Assembly (NCBI RefSeq): GCF_000829315.1
Contig: NZ_AP013028.1
Coordinates: forward strand, 660,001-692,000
Reading direction: 5' to 3'
Length of the DNA: 32,000 bases
Source of the DNA: Wolbachia endosymbiont of Cimex lectularius
GTDB lineage: Bacteria > Pseudomonadota > Alphaproteobacteria > Rickettsiales > Anaplasmataceae
The stretch's first letter is position 1. Each line of letters opens with the position of its first letter. This document shows, one piece after another, positions 9,145-19,750 of this stretch. The notes below the pieces were generated by a model. That model saw only the letters and a program-made list of their open reading frames with translations, was not told the DNA's origin and searched no databases. The translations under genes were made by a program, and so were the position numbers.

Positions 9145-10428
9145 CTACGATATTCGCGCACAACTTCTACTGAATTGTGCTCTCTCTTCGATAACGTGGC
9201 GGAAATGCCTAATTAATCCTTGAATCGGCCAAGCTGCAGCATCACCAAGTGCGCAAATCGTATGTCCTTCTATTTGAGTTGTAAGATCAAGTAACTTATC
9301 TATTTCACCAGGTCTAATATTCCCTGTTACCGTCCTTTTCATAATTCTCCACATCCATCCAGTACCTTCACGACATGGTGTACATTGCCCACATGACTCA
9401 TGCATATAGAAATGTGATAACCTCTCTATTGCAGCTATTATGTCAGTTGATTTATCCATCACTATGACTGCAGCAGTGCCAAGGCTTGATTGTACATCTA
9501 TTAGTGAATCAAAATCCATTTCAATAGTATCGCATATAGATTTCGGAATAAGTGGCACTGAAGACCCGCCAGGTATCACAGCAAGTAAATTATCCCAACC
9601 CCCTCGCACTCCACCCGTGTATTTTTCAATTAACTCACGCAGTGGAATTCCAAGCTCTTCTTCAACATTACACGGGTTGTTTACATGTCCCGAAATACAA
9701 AATATTTTAGTACCGGTATTGTTTGGTTTACCAAGAGACGCAAACCATTCTCCTCCACGACGCAGAATATCTGGAACCATGGCTATAGTTTCAACGTTGT
9801 TTATCGTGGTTGGACAGCCAAAAAGCCCAACACCTGCAGGGAATGGGGGCTTCATGCGAGGGAAGCCCTTTTTTCCTTCAATTGATTCAAGCTGAGCTGT
9901 TTCTTCTCCACATATGTAAGCTCCTGCTCCCCTATGTATAAATACATCGAGGTCATAGCCCGATTTACAGGCATTTTTTCCAATCAGGCCTTCCTTATAG
10001 GCTTCCTCAAGTGCTTTTTTTAGCACTAAATATTCATTATAAAACTCACCCCTAATATAAATATATGCAACTGACGCGCAGATTGCTCTTCCAGCCAGAA
10101 GAATACCTTCAAGTAGCTTGTGTGGCTCATATCGCAATATATCTCTGTCTTTGCATGTACCTGGCTCTGACTCGTCTGCGTTGACTACTAGATATGTTGG
10201 TTGTTCTTTTGAAGGATTTTTGGGTATAAAGCTCCACTTAAGGCCGGTGGAAAATCCTGCACCTCCTCGACCTCTTAAGCCAGATTTTTTTACTTCATCA
10301 ATGATTTTTTCTGACCCCAAATCCAGTAGTTCTTTTGTTTTTTGCCAACTACCACGTTTTTTTGCATCCTTGAGTAGTGGAGTTCCTTTACCACTCAAAT
10401 TAGTGAATATTTTGTCTTGTTCTTTCAC
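9145..10428 (-). CDS. nuoF: NADH-quinone oxidoreductase subunit F
   Basis: '[18 protein letters not shown]', '[19 protein letters not shown]', and the [12 protein letters not shown] Fe-S motif. Confidence 0.95.
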   Translation of the reverse strand: MKEQDKIFTNLSGKGTPLLKDAKKRGSWQKTKELLDLGSEKIIDEVKKSGLRGRGGAGFSTGLKWSFIPKNPSKEQPTYLVVNADESEPGTCKDRDILRYEPHKLLEGILLAGRAICASVAYIYIRGEFYNEYLVLKKALEEAYKEGLIGKNACKSGYDLDVFIHRGAGAYICGEETAQLESIEGKKGFPRMKPPFPAGVGLFGCPTTINNVETIAMVPDILRRGGEWFASLGKPNNTGTKIFCISGHVNNPCNVEEELGIPLRELIEKYTGGVRGGWDNLLAVIPGGSSVPLIPKSICDTIEMDFDSLIDVQSSLGTAAVIVMDKSTDIIAAIERLSHFYMHESCGQCTPCREGTGWMWRIMKRTVTGNIRPGEIDKLLDLTTQIEGHTICALGDAAAWPIQGLIRHFRHVIEERAQFSRSCARIS

Positions 10429-10458
10429 CTTCTTTCACCATGGCCTTTGAGACCTTAG

Positions 10459-10531
10459 TGATCCCGGCGCGAATCGAACGCGCGACCCACTGATTAAAAG
10501 TCAGTTGCTCTACCGGCTGAGCTACGGGATC
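10459..10531 (-). tRNA. tRNA-Lys (TTT)
   Basis: Reverse complement GATCCCGTAGCTCAGCCGGTAGAGCAACTGACTTTTAATCAGTGGGTCGCGCGTTCGATTCGCGCCGGGATCA. Confidence 0.95.
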
Positions 10532-10570
10532 ATTTCATTTCTCAGTTATATTGAACAGTAATACAACTTT

Positions 10571-11152
10571 TATCCGTTTTAATCAAACTAAAATTTTCAT
10601 ATGTAGTTAAATAAATTATACAATAGACTTGTTGCATAACCTAAACTAAGCAGAAAAAGGCAATTTACTGTCTGCCGCTACCTGCGGATCTCATCCGCTG
10701 ACACGTAGCGGGATGATGGTGGCTATAAAGGTTTAAGAAATTTACCAAGCAAGAAAAAAAAGCAAAAGAAGCCCCGTTGGTGGCTAATTATTTATATTAA
10801 CTTTATAAATTGGCGTTTTTTTATTCTAAACGTCTAATCTAGCTGCTTTTAAACCGCAACTGATCTAAATTTAAACGTTAAGAAATTTACTAAGCAAAGA
10901 AAAAGGTAGAAAAACCCCGTTAGCTAGTTATTCACTATCTATCTTTTAAATTGGCGTTTTTTATTGTCTTAAACGCTTTAACAAGCGCATTTTAGCTTAT
11001 ATTAGGTAAAAACCTTGAAAGTTTATAAAGACATGAGACGCCAAGTACATTGAGTTTTTTGTCATTTTATCTGCACAGACTGAAGATAAATAATAGCTTT
11101 AGTCTTATTATAAGGGTAACGGCGAAAGTTGTCAAGTAGTTTTTTTGTTTCT
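10571..11152 (+). repeat. Modular intergenic repeat, forward orientation copy
   Basis: GTTGCATAACCTAAACT ... two similar AAATTTAC(C/T)AAGCAA(A)GAAAAA...CCCCGTT...AAATTGGCGTTTTTTATT submodules ... GGCGAAAGTTGTCAAGTAGTTTTTTTGTTTCT. Confidence 0.75.
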
Positions 11153-11310
11153 AACGAAAACTCAACACTAGCTTGTAAATGGTTGTTCTTGCTTTCGCTG
11201 TTTTGCTCCTGAAGAGATTATGAATAGGTTCTTAGGGTTATTGAAAGTAATAAACTCCTTTATTTAAGACCGAAGTTTTGCTATTCTCGCATTTTAATAA
11301 TTTAAAATTA

Positions 11311-12945
11311 ATGAATGTAAACAAGAACGAGTTTTTATTTCTTCCACTTGGAGGAGTAGGCAGAATTGGGATGAATGTAAGCCTATATCATTACCAAGGG
11401 AAGTGGATTATGATTGACCTTGGCATTGGTTTTGCCGATGAAACTATGCCAGGCATTGAGCTATTAATCGCTGATGTGAACTTTATTGCTCAAAGAAAAA
11501 AGGATTTGCTTGGAATAATAATTACGCATGCGCATGAAGACCACTGCGGTGCAGTGCCTTATTTGTGGGAAGAGTTGCAATGTCCCATATATACAACAAA
11601 GTTCACGGTTAATTTTCTCAAGGAGAAACTAAAGGAGTTTCGGCTAGAAGGCATGGTACCTGTGAAAGAGGTGGACATAAACGGCAGCATAAATTTAGAT
11701 CCTTTCACCGTTGAGTTTATAAACGTAACTCACTCAATTCCTGAAGCACATTCAATATTGGTTAGCACTGATGTAGGTAGCGCGCTTCATACTGGCGATT
11801 GGAAATTTGATCCAAAACCTGTTGTTGGTTTAACTTCTAACATAAGTCGTTTAAAAGAAATTGGCGATAAAGGTGACCTGCTTGCAGCAATTTGCGATTC
11901 AACAAACATATTGAGCAAACATAATCCTGAATCAGAAGGTGAGATTTATAACAATATCTATAACATAATAAGACGGTCTAAAAAGCTAGTTGCTGTGTCG
12001 CTTTTTGCTTCAAACGTGGCGCGAATTGAAACAATAAGCCAAGCTGCAAAGGCGCTGGGCAGAAAAGTAGTTCTACTTGGAAGGTCTTTATGGAGAATAG
12101 TAAAAGTTGCACAAGATAGTGGATATTTAACCAATTCTGTTGAATTTTGTGAAGCAAAAGATGTGGCAGATTTGCCAAGGGAAAAGCTATTATTGATCTG
12201 CACTGGTTGCCAAGGTGAGCCGATGGCGGCAACCTCAAAACTTGCTAATAAGAGTCATCATGCATTTAAAATGCAACAGGGTGATACAGTGATTTTTTCG
12301 TCAAAAATCATCCCTGGTAATGAAACTCGTGCACACAGTATGTTCAACGCCTTTATCGAGATGGGCGTAGAGGTCATCATTGATAAAATGGAGTATGTTC
12401 ATGCCTCTGGACATCCAGTAAAAGCAGAGCTAAAGGAAATGTATTCTTTGATAAAACCTAGAATGTCTATTCCAGTTCATGGTGAGTATATTCACACGCA
12501 TGCCCATGTGAAGTTTGCTAAAGAGTGCGGTGTGAAAAAAGCAATAATGATTGCACCAGGTGATATCGTTAATTTGGAAAACGGAGAAAAGGTTGATTCA
12601 ATTGATGTTGACTACTTTGGTGTTGACGGTATGTTGCTACGTTATCCAGAGAGTGGTGTTATAAAAATGCGTAAGAAAATGAGAGATGCTGGAGCTGTTG
12701 TAGTGACAGCAATTGTTAACAAGAAAAATAAATTGCTTGCCAAACCAAAGGTATTTACGCCTGGTGTTTTCGAAGCGTCAGAAGATGCGGCTATTATACA
12801 GAGGATTACAAAAATGGTTGAGTCAGCGTTTAGTTTACAGTCAACAAAAAAAATAAGAAATAAGATTGAGAGCTCAATATTTAGTATCTTAAAGGAATAT
12901 TTACTAAAAAAGCCTATAATTGAGGTCCAAATAGAACAGGTATGA
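11311..12945 (+). CDS. Ribonuclease J family metallo-beta-lactamase/beta-CASP hydrolase
   Basis: 'IITHAHEDHCGAVPYLW' and 'HSIPEAHSILVSTDVGSALHTGDWK'; ATG 11311 is preferred over the track start 11278. Confidence 0.9.
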   Translation: MNVNKNEFLFLPLGGVGRIGMNVSLYHYQGKWIMIDLGIGFADETMPGIELLIADVNFIAQRKKDLLGIIITHAHEDHCGAVPYLWEELQCPIYTTKFTVNFLKEKLKEFRLEGMVPVKEVDINGSINLDPFTVEFINVTHSIPEAHSILVSTDVGSALHTGDWKFDPKPVVGLTSNISRLKEIGDKGDLLAAICDSTNILSKHNPESEGEIYNNIYNIIRRSKKLVAVSLFASNVARIETISQAAKALGRKVVLLGRSLWRIVKVAQDSGYLTNSVEFCEAKDVADLPREKLLLICTGCQGEPMAATSKLANKSHHAFKMQQGDTVIFSSKIIPGNETRAHSMFNAFIEMGVEVIIDKMEYVHASGHPVKAELKEMYSLIKPRMSIPVHGEYIHTHAHVKFAKECGVKKAIMIAPGDIVNLENGEKVDSIDVDYFGVDGMLLRYPESGVIKMRKKMRDAGAVVVTAIVNKKNKLLAKPKVFTPGVFEASEDAAIIQRITKMVESAFSLQSTKKIRNKIESSIFSILKEYLLKKPIIEVQIEQV

Positions 12946-12950
12946 AATGA

Positions 12951-14231
12951 ATGAAGGTGCTCGTTCAGCTGATATTACTTCTTTCGTTATTTCTTCCTTA
13001 TTTTGCTAAAGCTGCTTTGTATGTTGACATAAGAGAAAACACTGTTGGTAATATTAGCCTTGTTGTGTCCAAATGTGCATGTAAAACAGAGCTGGAGAGC
13101 GAATTAAGCGAAAGCATCACAAGGATAATTGAGGCAAATTTATCCAATTGTGGCTTATTTAACGTAAAACGTGGTACAGAAGCTGAAATTGCGCCGTACA
13201 AACCCAGGAGCGATACGCTGGCTACAGTGAGTTTAAGTGAAGTATCAGATAGAGCCTTAGAGTTATCGTTACACTTGTTTGATGCTTTCACAAAAAGGGA
13301 GTTATTTACTCATTCGGTTGTTTTTTCGGCAAAAGACTGGAGAAAAATTGCCCATTTTGTTTCAGATGCGATACATGATAGATTAACTGGTGAGAAAGGG
13401 CATTTTAACACGAAGATAGCGTACATAGCCGAAGAAAGGGATAGTAATTACAAGTCCATACGCAGAATTGCTGTTATGAATCAAGATGGAAGTGATATAA
13501 AATACTTAACAAATGGCGACAAATTTGTGTCAACACCAAGGTTTGCACCAAGTGGAGATAGTATTGTTTACATCTCATATCTAGATGGTAGAAGCTACAT
13601 AATATTGAAGAATCTGAAAGACAATACTGAGTCGATAATTAGTGCTTTCGAGGGAGTAATCTCTGCTCCGAGATTTTCTCCTGATGGCAAGTCTCTTTTA
13701 ATCTCTCTCTCATCTAATGGTGAAACAAATATATTGTCTCTAGATTTGAACAGTAAGCGCACGAAAAAAATCACTAGAAGTCCTGCTATAAGCACTTCTC
13801 CCTCTTTTTCTCCAGATCAGAAATATATAGTCTTTAGTTCTGATATAAGTGGAAGTCAGCAGCTATATATCATCGATTTCACTAAAAAAAATAAAAAGCC
13901 TAAGAGAATTAGTTTTGGAAGTGGAAAGTATGCTACACCTGTTTGGTCGCCAAATGGGGATCTTATAGCTTTTACAAAGATCCAATTGGGGAAATTTTAC
14001 ATAGGAGTTATGAAGCCAGATGGCAAAGGAGAACGTCTACTTTCAGAGGGGCATAAAATCGAATCCCCAGCATGGCTACCAAATGGCAGGGGAATCATCT
14101 TTACAAAAACAGAATCACCAAGCGACTCTAAACTATATTCGGTAGACTTAGTAAAGAGGAATCACAAAATAATTTCTACCCCAACAAATGCCTATTTGCC
14201 AGATTGGTCGCATTTGCCTCTGGTGGAGTAG
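12951..14231 (+). CDS. tolB: Tol-Pal system beta-propeller protein TolB
   Basis: N-terminal signal peptide-like segment and repeated 'PRFSPDGKSLLISLSSNGETNIL' WD/PD40-type beta-propeller blades. Confidence 0.9.
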   Translation: MKVLVQLILLLSLFLPYFAKAALYVDIRENTVGNISLVVSKCACKTELESELSESITRIIEANLSNCGLFNVKRGTEAEIAPYKPRSDTLATVSLSEVSDRALELSLHLFDAFTKRELFTHSVVFSAKDWRKIAHFVSDAIHDRLTGEKGHFNTKIAYIAEERDSNYKSIRRIAVMNQDGSDIKYLTNGDKFVSTPRFAPSGDSIVYISYLDGRSYIILKNLKDNTESIISAFEGVISAPRFSPDGKSLLISLSSNGETNILSLDLNSKRTKKITRSPAISTSPSFSPDQKYIVFSSDISGSQQLYIIDFTKKNKKPKRISFGSGKYATPVWSPNGDLIAFTKIQLGKFYIGVMKPDGKGERLLSEGHKIESPAWLPNGRGIIFTKTESPSDSKLYSVDLVKRNHKIISTPTNAYLPDWSHLPLVE

Positions 14232-14310
14232 AAAATAGATAGGTGGTATGAGTAGGTATTGCTTGGTTAAGAAAATGAAAAGATAATAACTTTTCAGAGT
14301 GGATAGGGGA

Positions 14311-14640
14311 CAATAGAAATGAAAAAAACTACTTGACAACCTTCGCCGTTACCCTTATTATAGCAATAAGGGTATTTCTGACTCAAAACTTGTTTTTGAT
14401 CTGCAGGCTCAATGACAAAATTCAGTAAAAAACTCAGGGTATTTTTTGGCGGATTGTATCAAATTATAGCGGCTGCATGTCTTTTTCATTTTTTCTACAT
14501 TCAGCCAAATCGCGCTTGAACTAAGCGTCAGCAAATTATTATAGCGCCAATTTAAAGTATTATAGAGTCAAAACTCGCCACTCGGGGTTTCTTTGCCTTT
14601 TTTTCTCGCTTGATAAAATTTTTAAATTTTTATTACTAAA
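14311..14640 (-). repeat. Modular intergenic repeat, reverse orientation copy (left of ankyrin gene)
   Basis: CAATAGAAATGAAAAAAACTACTTGACAACCTTCGCCGTTACCC ... GCGCCAATTTAAAGTATTATAGAGTCAAAACTCGCCACTCGGGGTTTCTTTGCC. Confidence 0.7.
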
Positions 14641-14744
14641 GTAGTATCACAAATCCCAGTGCCAGCTACTTGGATGACAAGAAAGGAGCTACTTATATGA
14701 CACCACTTTTGCTTCAATATTTACCACGCTCCTGAATAGATACA

Positions 14745-16109
14745 TTAAATATAGAGTAAGTTTTCCAGCATAGCCTTAGTTTTTTTATACATTCTATTTC
14801 TTTCTCTATATTTGATTATAGGCTTAAAAATAAATGGTAATCCTAGAATTGTTAAGCTTAAAGCCAGGGTTGAAAACATGCAAGAAGCTTTGTATTTACT
14901 ATGTAGCTCTTTCAGGTAAAGTATTAAAAACCTACAAAATTTCTTGTAGTTTTCGTTGATGTCTGCTCTGCCATTAGCTTTGTTGATAAACATGTCTATT
15001 GCAGTGTAACCGTCTTTGCATTTAATGCTAAGGTCTGCTCCTTTCTCTATTAATAGCTGAGCTATATCAAAATAATCCCTTTGGACAGCAAGATGCAGAG
15101 GTGTATAGCCCTGTTGCTCACAGATATTCATATTGGCTTTAACTTCCAGTAACATTTTCACAATCTTTGTATGACCTTTTTTAACTGCTAGTAGCAGGGG
15201 AGTTCTGTTACATTTGGTGACAGCATTCACATTTACTTTAAGCTCCAATAAGAGCCTAACTGCTTTAGTGTCACCGTTATAGCTAGCTTTATGTAACCGG
15301 GCATTACTATTGAAATCTTGATCATTTGCGTTCATTCCCTTTGAAACAAGAAATGTTACCATTTTCCTATTGTTATGCTCAACAGCGCAATCCAATGCAT
15401 CAAAACCATGGCTGTTTTTTGTACAGATAAATTCTTTAAAGTTAGCTTTTGCTTGCTGTTTTTTTACAATAAGCTTCACTATTTGCATTTTATTGTTATA
15501 TGCCGCTAGGAAGAGCGTAGTATTATTCTCCGCGTCTTTTGCTTCTATGTTCGCCCCCTTTTTTATCAGATATTCTATAATTTCTTCTCTACTCTCATAA
15601 TGTGCGGTGCACTGATAAATGGTCAGAAATAAAGGAGTGTGTAAATTATTATCTTCGCATTCAAGATTGGCTCCACCATCAACTAAAGTTTGGACGCTTT
15701 TTTTGGAACCGTATAGTGAAGCTATGTGGAGAGGAGTGTAGCCTTCTTTAGCATCTCTTTCATTAATTTTTGCACCTTTTGCGATCAAAAAACCTATTAA
15801 CTTCGTATCATCTTGTAGCGCAGCAAGGTGCAGCGGAGTAAATCCATTTTTATCTTTGGAATTAATTGTCAGTTGGTTGACAAGAAGTTTAGCAATTTTC
15901 TTATGTCCATGCATAACAGCATAATGCAGTGGATTTCTATTTTCGCTGTCTACAACATTAAAATCTGCCGCATGCTCTAGCAGTGATCTTACTCTAGCCG
16001 CATCGCCTTCTTTTGTAAATTTATGCAAAAGAGTGATTCCATTTGCATCTTTTGAGTTAATATCAAATCCACTTTCTACTAATTGGTTTATGTCTTCCTC
16101 ATGCACCAT
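14745..16109 (-). CDS. Ankyrin repeat protein with C-terminal transmembrane segment
   Basis: At least 10 ankyrin units such as 'DKNGFTPLHLAALQDDTKLIGFLIAKGAKIN'; hydrophobic 'MFSTLALSLTILGLPFIF' near the C-terminus. Confidence 0.95.
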   Translation of the reverse strand: MVHEEDINQLVESGFDINSKDANGITLLHKFTKEGDAARVRSLLEHAADFNVVDSENRNPLHYAVMHGHKKIAKLLVNQLTINSKDKNGFTPLHLAALQDDTKLIGFLIAKGAKINERDAKEGYTPLHIASLYGSKKSVQTLVDGGANLECEDNNLHTPLFLTIYQCTAHYESREEIIEYLIKKGANIEAKDAENNTTLFLAAYNNKMQIVKLIVKKQQAKANFKEFICTKNSHGFDALDCAVEHNNRKMVTFLVSKGMNANDQDFNSNARLHKASYNGDTKAVRLLLELKVNVNAVTKCNRTPLLLAVKKGHTKIVKMLLEVKANMNICEQQGYTPLHLAVQRDYFDIAQLLIEKGADLSIKCKDGYTAIDMFINKANGRADINENYKKFCRFLILYLKELHSKYKASCMFSTLALSLTILGLPFIFKPIIKYRERNRMYKKTKAMLENLLYI

Positions 16110-16353
16110 ACCGCCCTTAAACTTCTAGTAAAACCCTTTTCGCATCAATAATACTCCCACTTAATTAAGTTTGAGTGAATCTGTAAGAGACATACTGATT
16201 GCTTATGCGGAAGGTGGTGTTTTTTGTACGCCAAGAAGTGCGTAAGGAACAGTTGGTGAAACAGGTGCCTGGATTATGCTGCGCAAGGCGTAAAGCTAAT
16301 AGAATTGTTATAAAAACAAATGTTCGTTCATAAATTGCAACTAGCTGTAAGCA

Positions 16354-16738
16354 TTAAAAAATTTACCAAACGAGAAAAAAAGGCAAAAAAATCCCGAGTG
16401 GCGAGTTTTGACTCTATAATACTTTAAATTGGCGTACTATACTATCTTGAACGACTTATAAGCGCGTTTCAGCTTGTATAGGGAAAAACCTAGAAATCTA
16501 GGTGAAATTAATAAAGACATAAGGTGCACATAGTGCAAAAAATTAAACATAAGACGCCAACCGTGATACTTTCGTCGTTTAATCTGACAGATTGAAGCTA
16601 TTCATTTAGCTTCAATCTCATTGTAAGGGGGTTTGGAGGAATTTATCAAGTAGTTTTTTTCGTTTCTATTGGATGACGTTATAACTTTTTTCCACTGTTG
16701 CCTATTCACTTCCTGTTTAGTAGGAATTGGTATTAAGC
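16354..16738 (+). repeat. Modular intergenic repeat, forward orientation copy (right of ankyrin gene)
   Basis: AAAAATTTACCAAACGAGAAAAAAAGGCAAAAAAATCCCGAGTGGCGAGTTTTGACTCTATAATACTTTAAATTGGCG..., ends with TTTATCAAGTAGTTTTTTTCGTTTCTATTGGATGAC...CTTTTTTCCACTGTTGCC.... Confidence 0.7.
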
Positions 16739-16809
16739 AACCGTGAAGGTTACTTTTAGGGCATCTTGTCTACCTCATTTTACCGCTTCGTTGAATAGAT
16801 ACTATTTAA

Positions 16810-17121
16810 TTAGTCGTCGACCTGATTTTTAAGTTGTGCTAGCGCGTTGCGGCCATTTAGGGAGTCAAGGTTTTTAACCTGGCTGGCTAATATAAAAGAG
16901 TTGTTTTTCAGGTGTCTATCCATGAGTTTTGCAAGTCTCTTTGGATTACTCAAATAACTCCACTCTGCTTGTAAAACTTTTATATCACTCTGCGCTAAAC
17001 TAATTTCTCGTTTTATTTTTTTTAGTTCTTCATTTAATGACTGAACATGTAATTTTACCTTAAATAGCCCTGTAATACTGAAAAAAAACATAACCATTGA
17101 GATAATACAGAAAGTTCTCAT
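16810..17121 (-). CDS. Small coiled-coil membrane protein, FtsL-like
   Basis: N-terminal TM plus coiled coil and 'EWSYLSNPKRLAKLMDRHL'; ATGA overlap with rsmH upstream matches the usual rsmH-ftsL order. Confidence 0.65.
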   Translation of the reverse strand: MRTFCIISMVMFFFSITGLFKVKLHVQSLNEELKKIKREISLAQSDIKVLQAEWSYLSNPKRLAKLMDRHLKNNSFILASQVKNLDSLNGRNALAQLKNQVDD

Positions 17122-18065
17122 GATAACCTCTGTATAGCTCTTAGTTTTGCTGAGCGCGCACGTGGATTCGCATTTATCTCTTCCACACTCGCTTTGATCA
17201 CTTTTTTATTTAGGAGAGAAAATGTTCTATAATCAGCAGATCTTGGTTCACACAAACCTCTGAAAAAGGTTTTAATTATACGATCTTCTAAAGAATGAAA
17301 AGTAATGACAATTAGTTTGCCATTCTTATTTAAAATTTCAGATGCAGCCTTAATACCTTTTTCAAGTTCTCCAAGCTCATCGTTTACCCATATTCTGATC
17401 GCCTGAAATGTCCTAGTTGCAGGATCAATTTTACTTTTTCCACGAAATACCACGGAACGTACAATATCCGCGAGTTCAAATGTAGTTTTGATAGGTCTTT
17501 TCCTCCGCGTGTTTACTATTGCCCTTGCAATTTTGCGAGAATGACGTTCCCCTCCGTAGTTGTATATAGTATTGGCAATTTCTTCTTCGCGTAGAGCGTT
17601 AACAAACGTTGAAGCGTTGATTTGAGAAGAGCCACCCATACGCATATCAAGCGGACCATCATGTAAAAATGAAAATCCTCTATTTCCTTCATCAAGCTGC
17701 ATAGACGAGACCCCTATGTCAAATACAACTCCATCCACGCCTTCAGTAATTCTGTCTGGTGTCATTCCATCGCATTTTTTTTTCCGAATTCCAGTGTCAG
17801 CTATTTGGATTCTGCTCAGTATGCTTTTAATATTGCTAAATTTTTCAATAAATAACTTTATCCTATTAGGATATCTAACGCTCAAATCATCATAAAATTT
17901 AACAACCGTTTCGTCTCTATCAATTGCATACACTTTGCAATCAGCGGACTCCAGTATTGCTTTGCTATATCCCCCAGCTCCAAACGTAGCATCCACATAC
18001 ACACCACCATTTTGTAGTGAAAGTTGTAATAGCATCTCTTTTAACAAAACTGGAATATGTTTCAT
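17118..18065 (-). CDS. rsmH: 16S rRNA (cytosine(1402)-N(4))-methyltransferase
   Basis: 'HIPVLLKEML', 'GGVYVDATFGAGGYSKAIL', 'VVFDIGVSSMQLDEGNRGFSFLHDGPLDMRM'. Confidence 0.95.
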   Translation of the reverse strand: MKHIPVLLKEMLLQLSLQNGGVYVDATFGAGGYSKAILESADCKVYAIDRDETVVKFYDDLSVRYPNRIKLFIEKFSNIKSILSRIQIADTGIRKKKCDGMTPDRITEGVDGVVFDIGVSSMQLDEGNRGFSFLHDGPLDMRMGGSSQINASTFVNALREEEIANTIYNYGGERHSRKIARAIVNTRRKRPIKTTFELADIVRSVVFRGKSKIDPATRTFQAIRIWVNDELGELEKGIKAASEILNKNGKLIVITFHSLEDRIIKTFFRGLCEPRSADYRTFSLLNKKVIKASVEEINANPRARSAKLRAIQRLS

Positions 18066-18292
18066 AGTGTTCTATCAAAAGGCTTTGTGTATACAGATAA
18101 AAATAGCTTCCTCACTAAAATATGGTGAAATATATGATATAAAAATACTCGATATAGTCAATGATATAAAAATATTAAGATTTAATGAGATATCACTATT
18201 AATATAATATTCACATAATGCTCACATTTTCCCATTATATTTGAAAAAACAAGGAATATCAATATTATATCAAGTAAACTGCAGAAGATTTT

Positions 18293-19504
18293 ATGCAACA
18301 AATAACAAAAGTAATATTTTCAAGTTTAATTTGTAACACCTTATTGTGGTATGACCATATGCTTTTTGGTTACCTAATCAGTATAATCGGCGGTGTGTTT
18401 TTTCCATCAGATAATCAATTGGTTAGCATACTGAAGGCTTTTGGAGTGTTTGCAGTGGGTTTCCTGATGAGACCAATCGGTGCTGCTATATTTGGCCATA
18501 TTGGTGATAAATATGGAAGAAGGGTTGCTCTATTGCTCTTTATTGTATTAATGACTCTGTCAACTGTACTCATTGCTTTTGTTCCGGGTTATCAAAACAT
18601 TGGGATGCTCGCATCAATACTGGTGGTATGTTTAAGGTTATTGCAAGGTATATCCCTTGGAGGAGAAGCAGGAAATGCCCCGTTTTTAATAGAGCATGCT
18701 CCTAAGGACAAGAAAGGATTCTTTGGCAGTATCGAAGTACTCGGTGCAATTCTTGGTTCAATACTAAGTCTTATAGCGGTACTCATATGCAAAAAAGTAT
18801 CCGATTTTGAATCTTGGGGATGGAGATTACCTTTTGTTTTCAGTTTAGTGATGGGATTAATCAGTATATATACAAGATATATACTTGATGAGAGCCCAGA
18901 GTACAAAAAGCAGAAAAATCCACCTCAATTGCCGTTAAAAGAGTTGTTAAATAGCTATAAAAAACCTTTTCTGATATCGGTAGGGGTCGACATAGTCGAA
19001 AATTCATCTCTTTATATATACTTAGTATTTTTCAATGTGCTTACATCAAAAATAAATACTCATTTTAACCACATGGTGGAAATACTGAGTCAAATTGCGC
19101 TCGGAGGATTGACTATACTGTTTGCAATACTTTCTGACAAGATAGGAAGAGAAAAAGTCATGAAATTTGCATTTATGGCTTTCATAGTAGTAAGTTATCC
19201 AGTTTTTTTAATGATACTAAGTGGTGATAACTTGCTAACCATAGTGGCACATGTTCTTTTTATAATCCCGATAGCTGCATCACTTGGTCCTGTTAGTGCA
19301 CTTATGTGCGAATTATTTCCAACAAAGGTGCGGTATAGCGGATTTAGTTTATCAAGAAATATAGCTGCTGGATTTTTTGGCGGCCTTGCACTATTTATAT
19401 GCACAACAATCATTAAGATTACAGGACAAGAAACTTCAGCAAGCTTTTACATGATTTTCTGTGCGTTGATTGGACTAGTTGCCATATCGCAGATTAAGGA
19501 TTAG
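18293..19504 (+). CDS. MFS transporter, ProP/metabolite:H+ symporter-like
   Basis: 12-TM type hydrophobicity; 'RPIGAAIFGHIGDKYGRR' and 'RLLQGISLGGEAGNAPFLIEHAP'. Confidence 0.85.
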   Translation: MQQITKVIFSSLICNTLLWYDHMLFGYLISIIGGVFFPSDNQLVSILKAFGVFAVGFLMRPIGAAIFGHIGDKYGRRVALLLFIVLMTLSTVLIAFVPGYQNIGMLASILVVCLRLLQGISLGGEAGNAPFLIEHAPKDKKGFFGSIEVLGAILGSILSLIAVLICKKVSDFESWGWRLPFVFSLVMGLISIYTRYILDESPEYKKQKNPPQLPLKELLNSYKKPFLISVGVDIVENSSLYIYLVFFNVLTSKINTHFNHMVEILSQIALGGLTILFAILSDKIGREKVMKFAFMAFIVVSYPVFLMILSGDNLLTIVAHVLFIIPIAASLGPVSALMCELFPTKVRYSGFSLSRNIAAGFFGGLALFICTTIIKITGQETSASFYMIFCALIGLVAISQIKD

Positions 19505-19750
19505 ATGCTTTTTACAAGGCACAACGGTGTCATTCCAGCGTCACCGCTGGGATAACAGGAAAGGGATTATTTTCATGACACCGTCATAAAGAAACCAATG
19601 TTAGCTACTTGGATAATACCCTAGCAATCTTCGCCTTTTTTCTACTTAGTTTAGGTTATGTAAAAAGTTGTAATTTGGCATTAGAATTTTGGTTGACTCG
19701 TTATTACACATACACCATTGCATATAGCAATGGTGTATGTGTATGGGCAG

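Noticed and set aside
16810-18065. Novel operon of a small unknown gene with rsmH
   Set aside because: Placement and coiled-coil/TM architecture fit the usual rsmH-ftsL order in the cell-division cluster.
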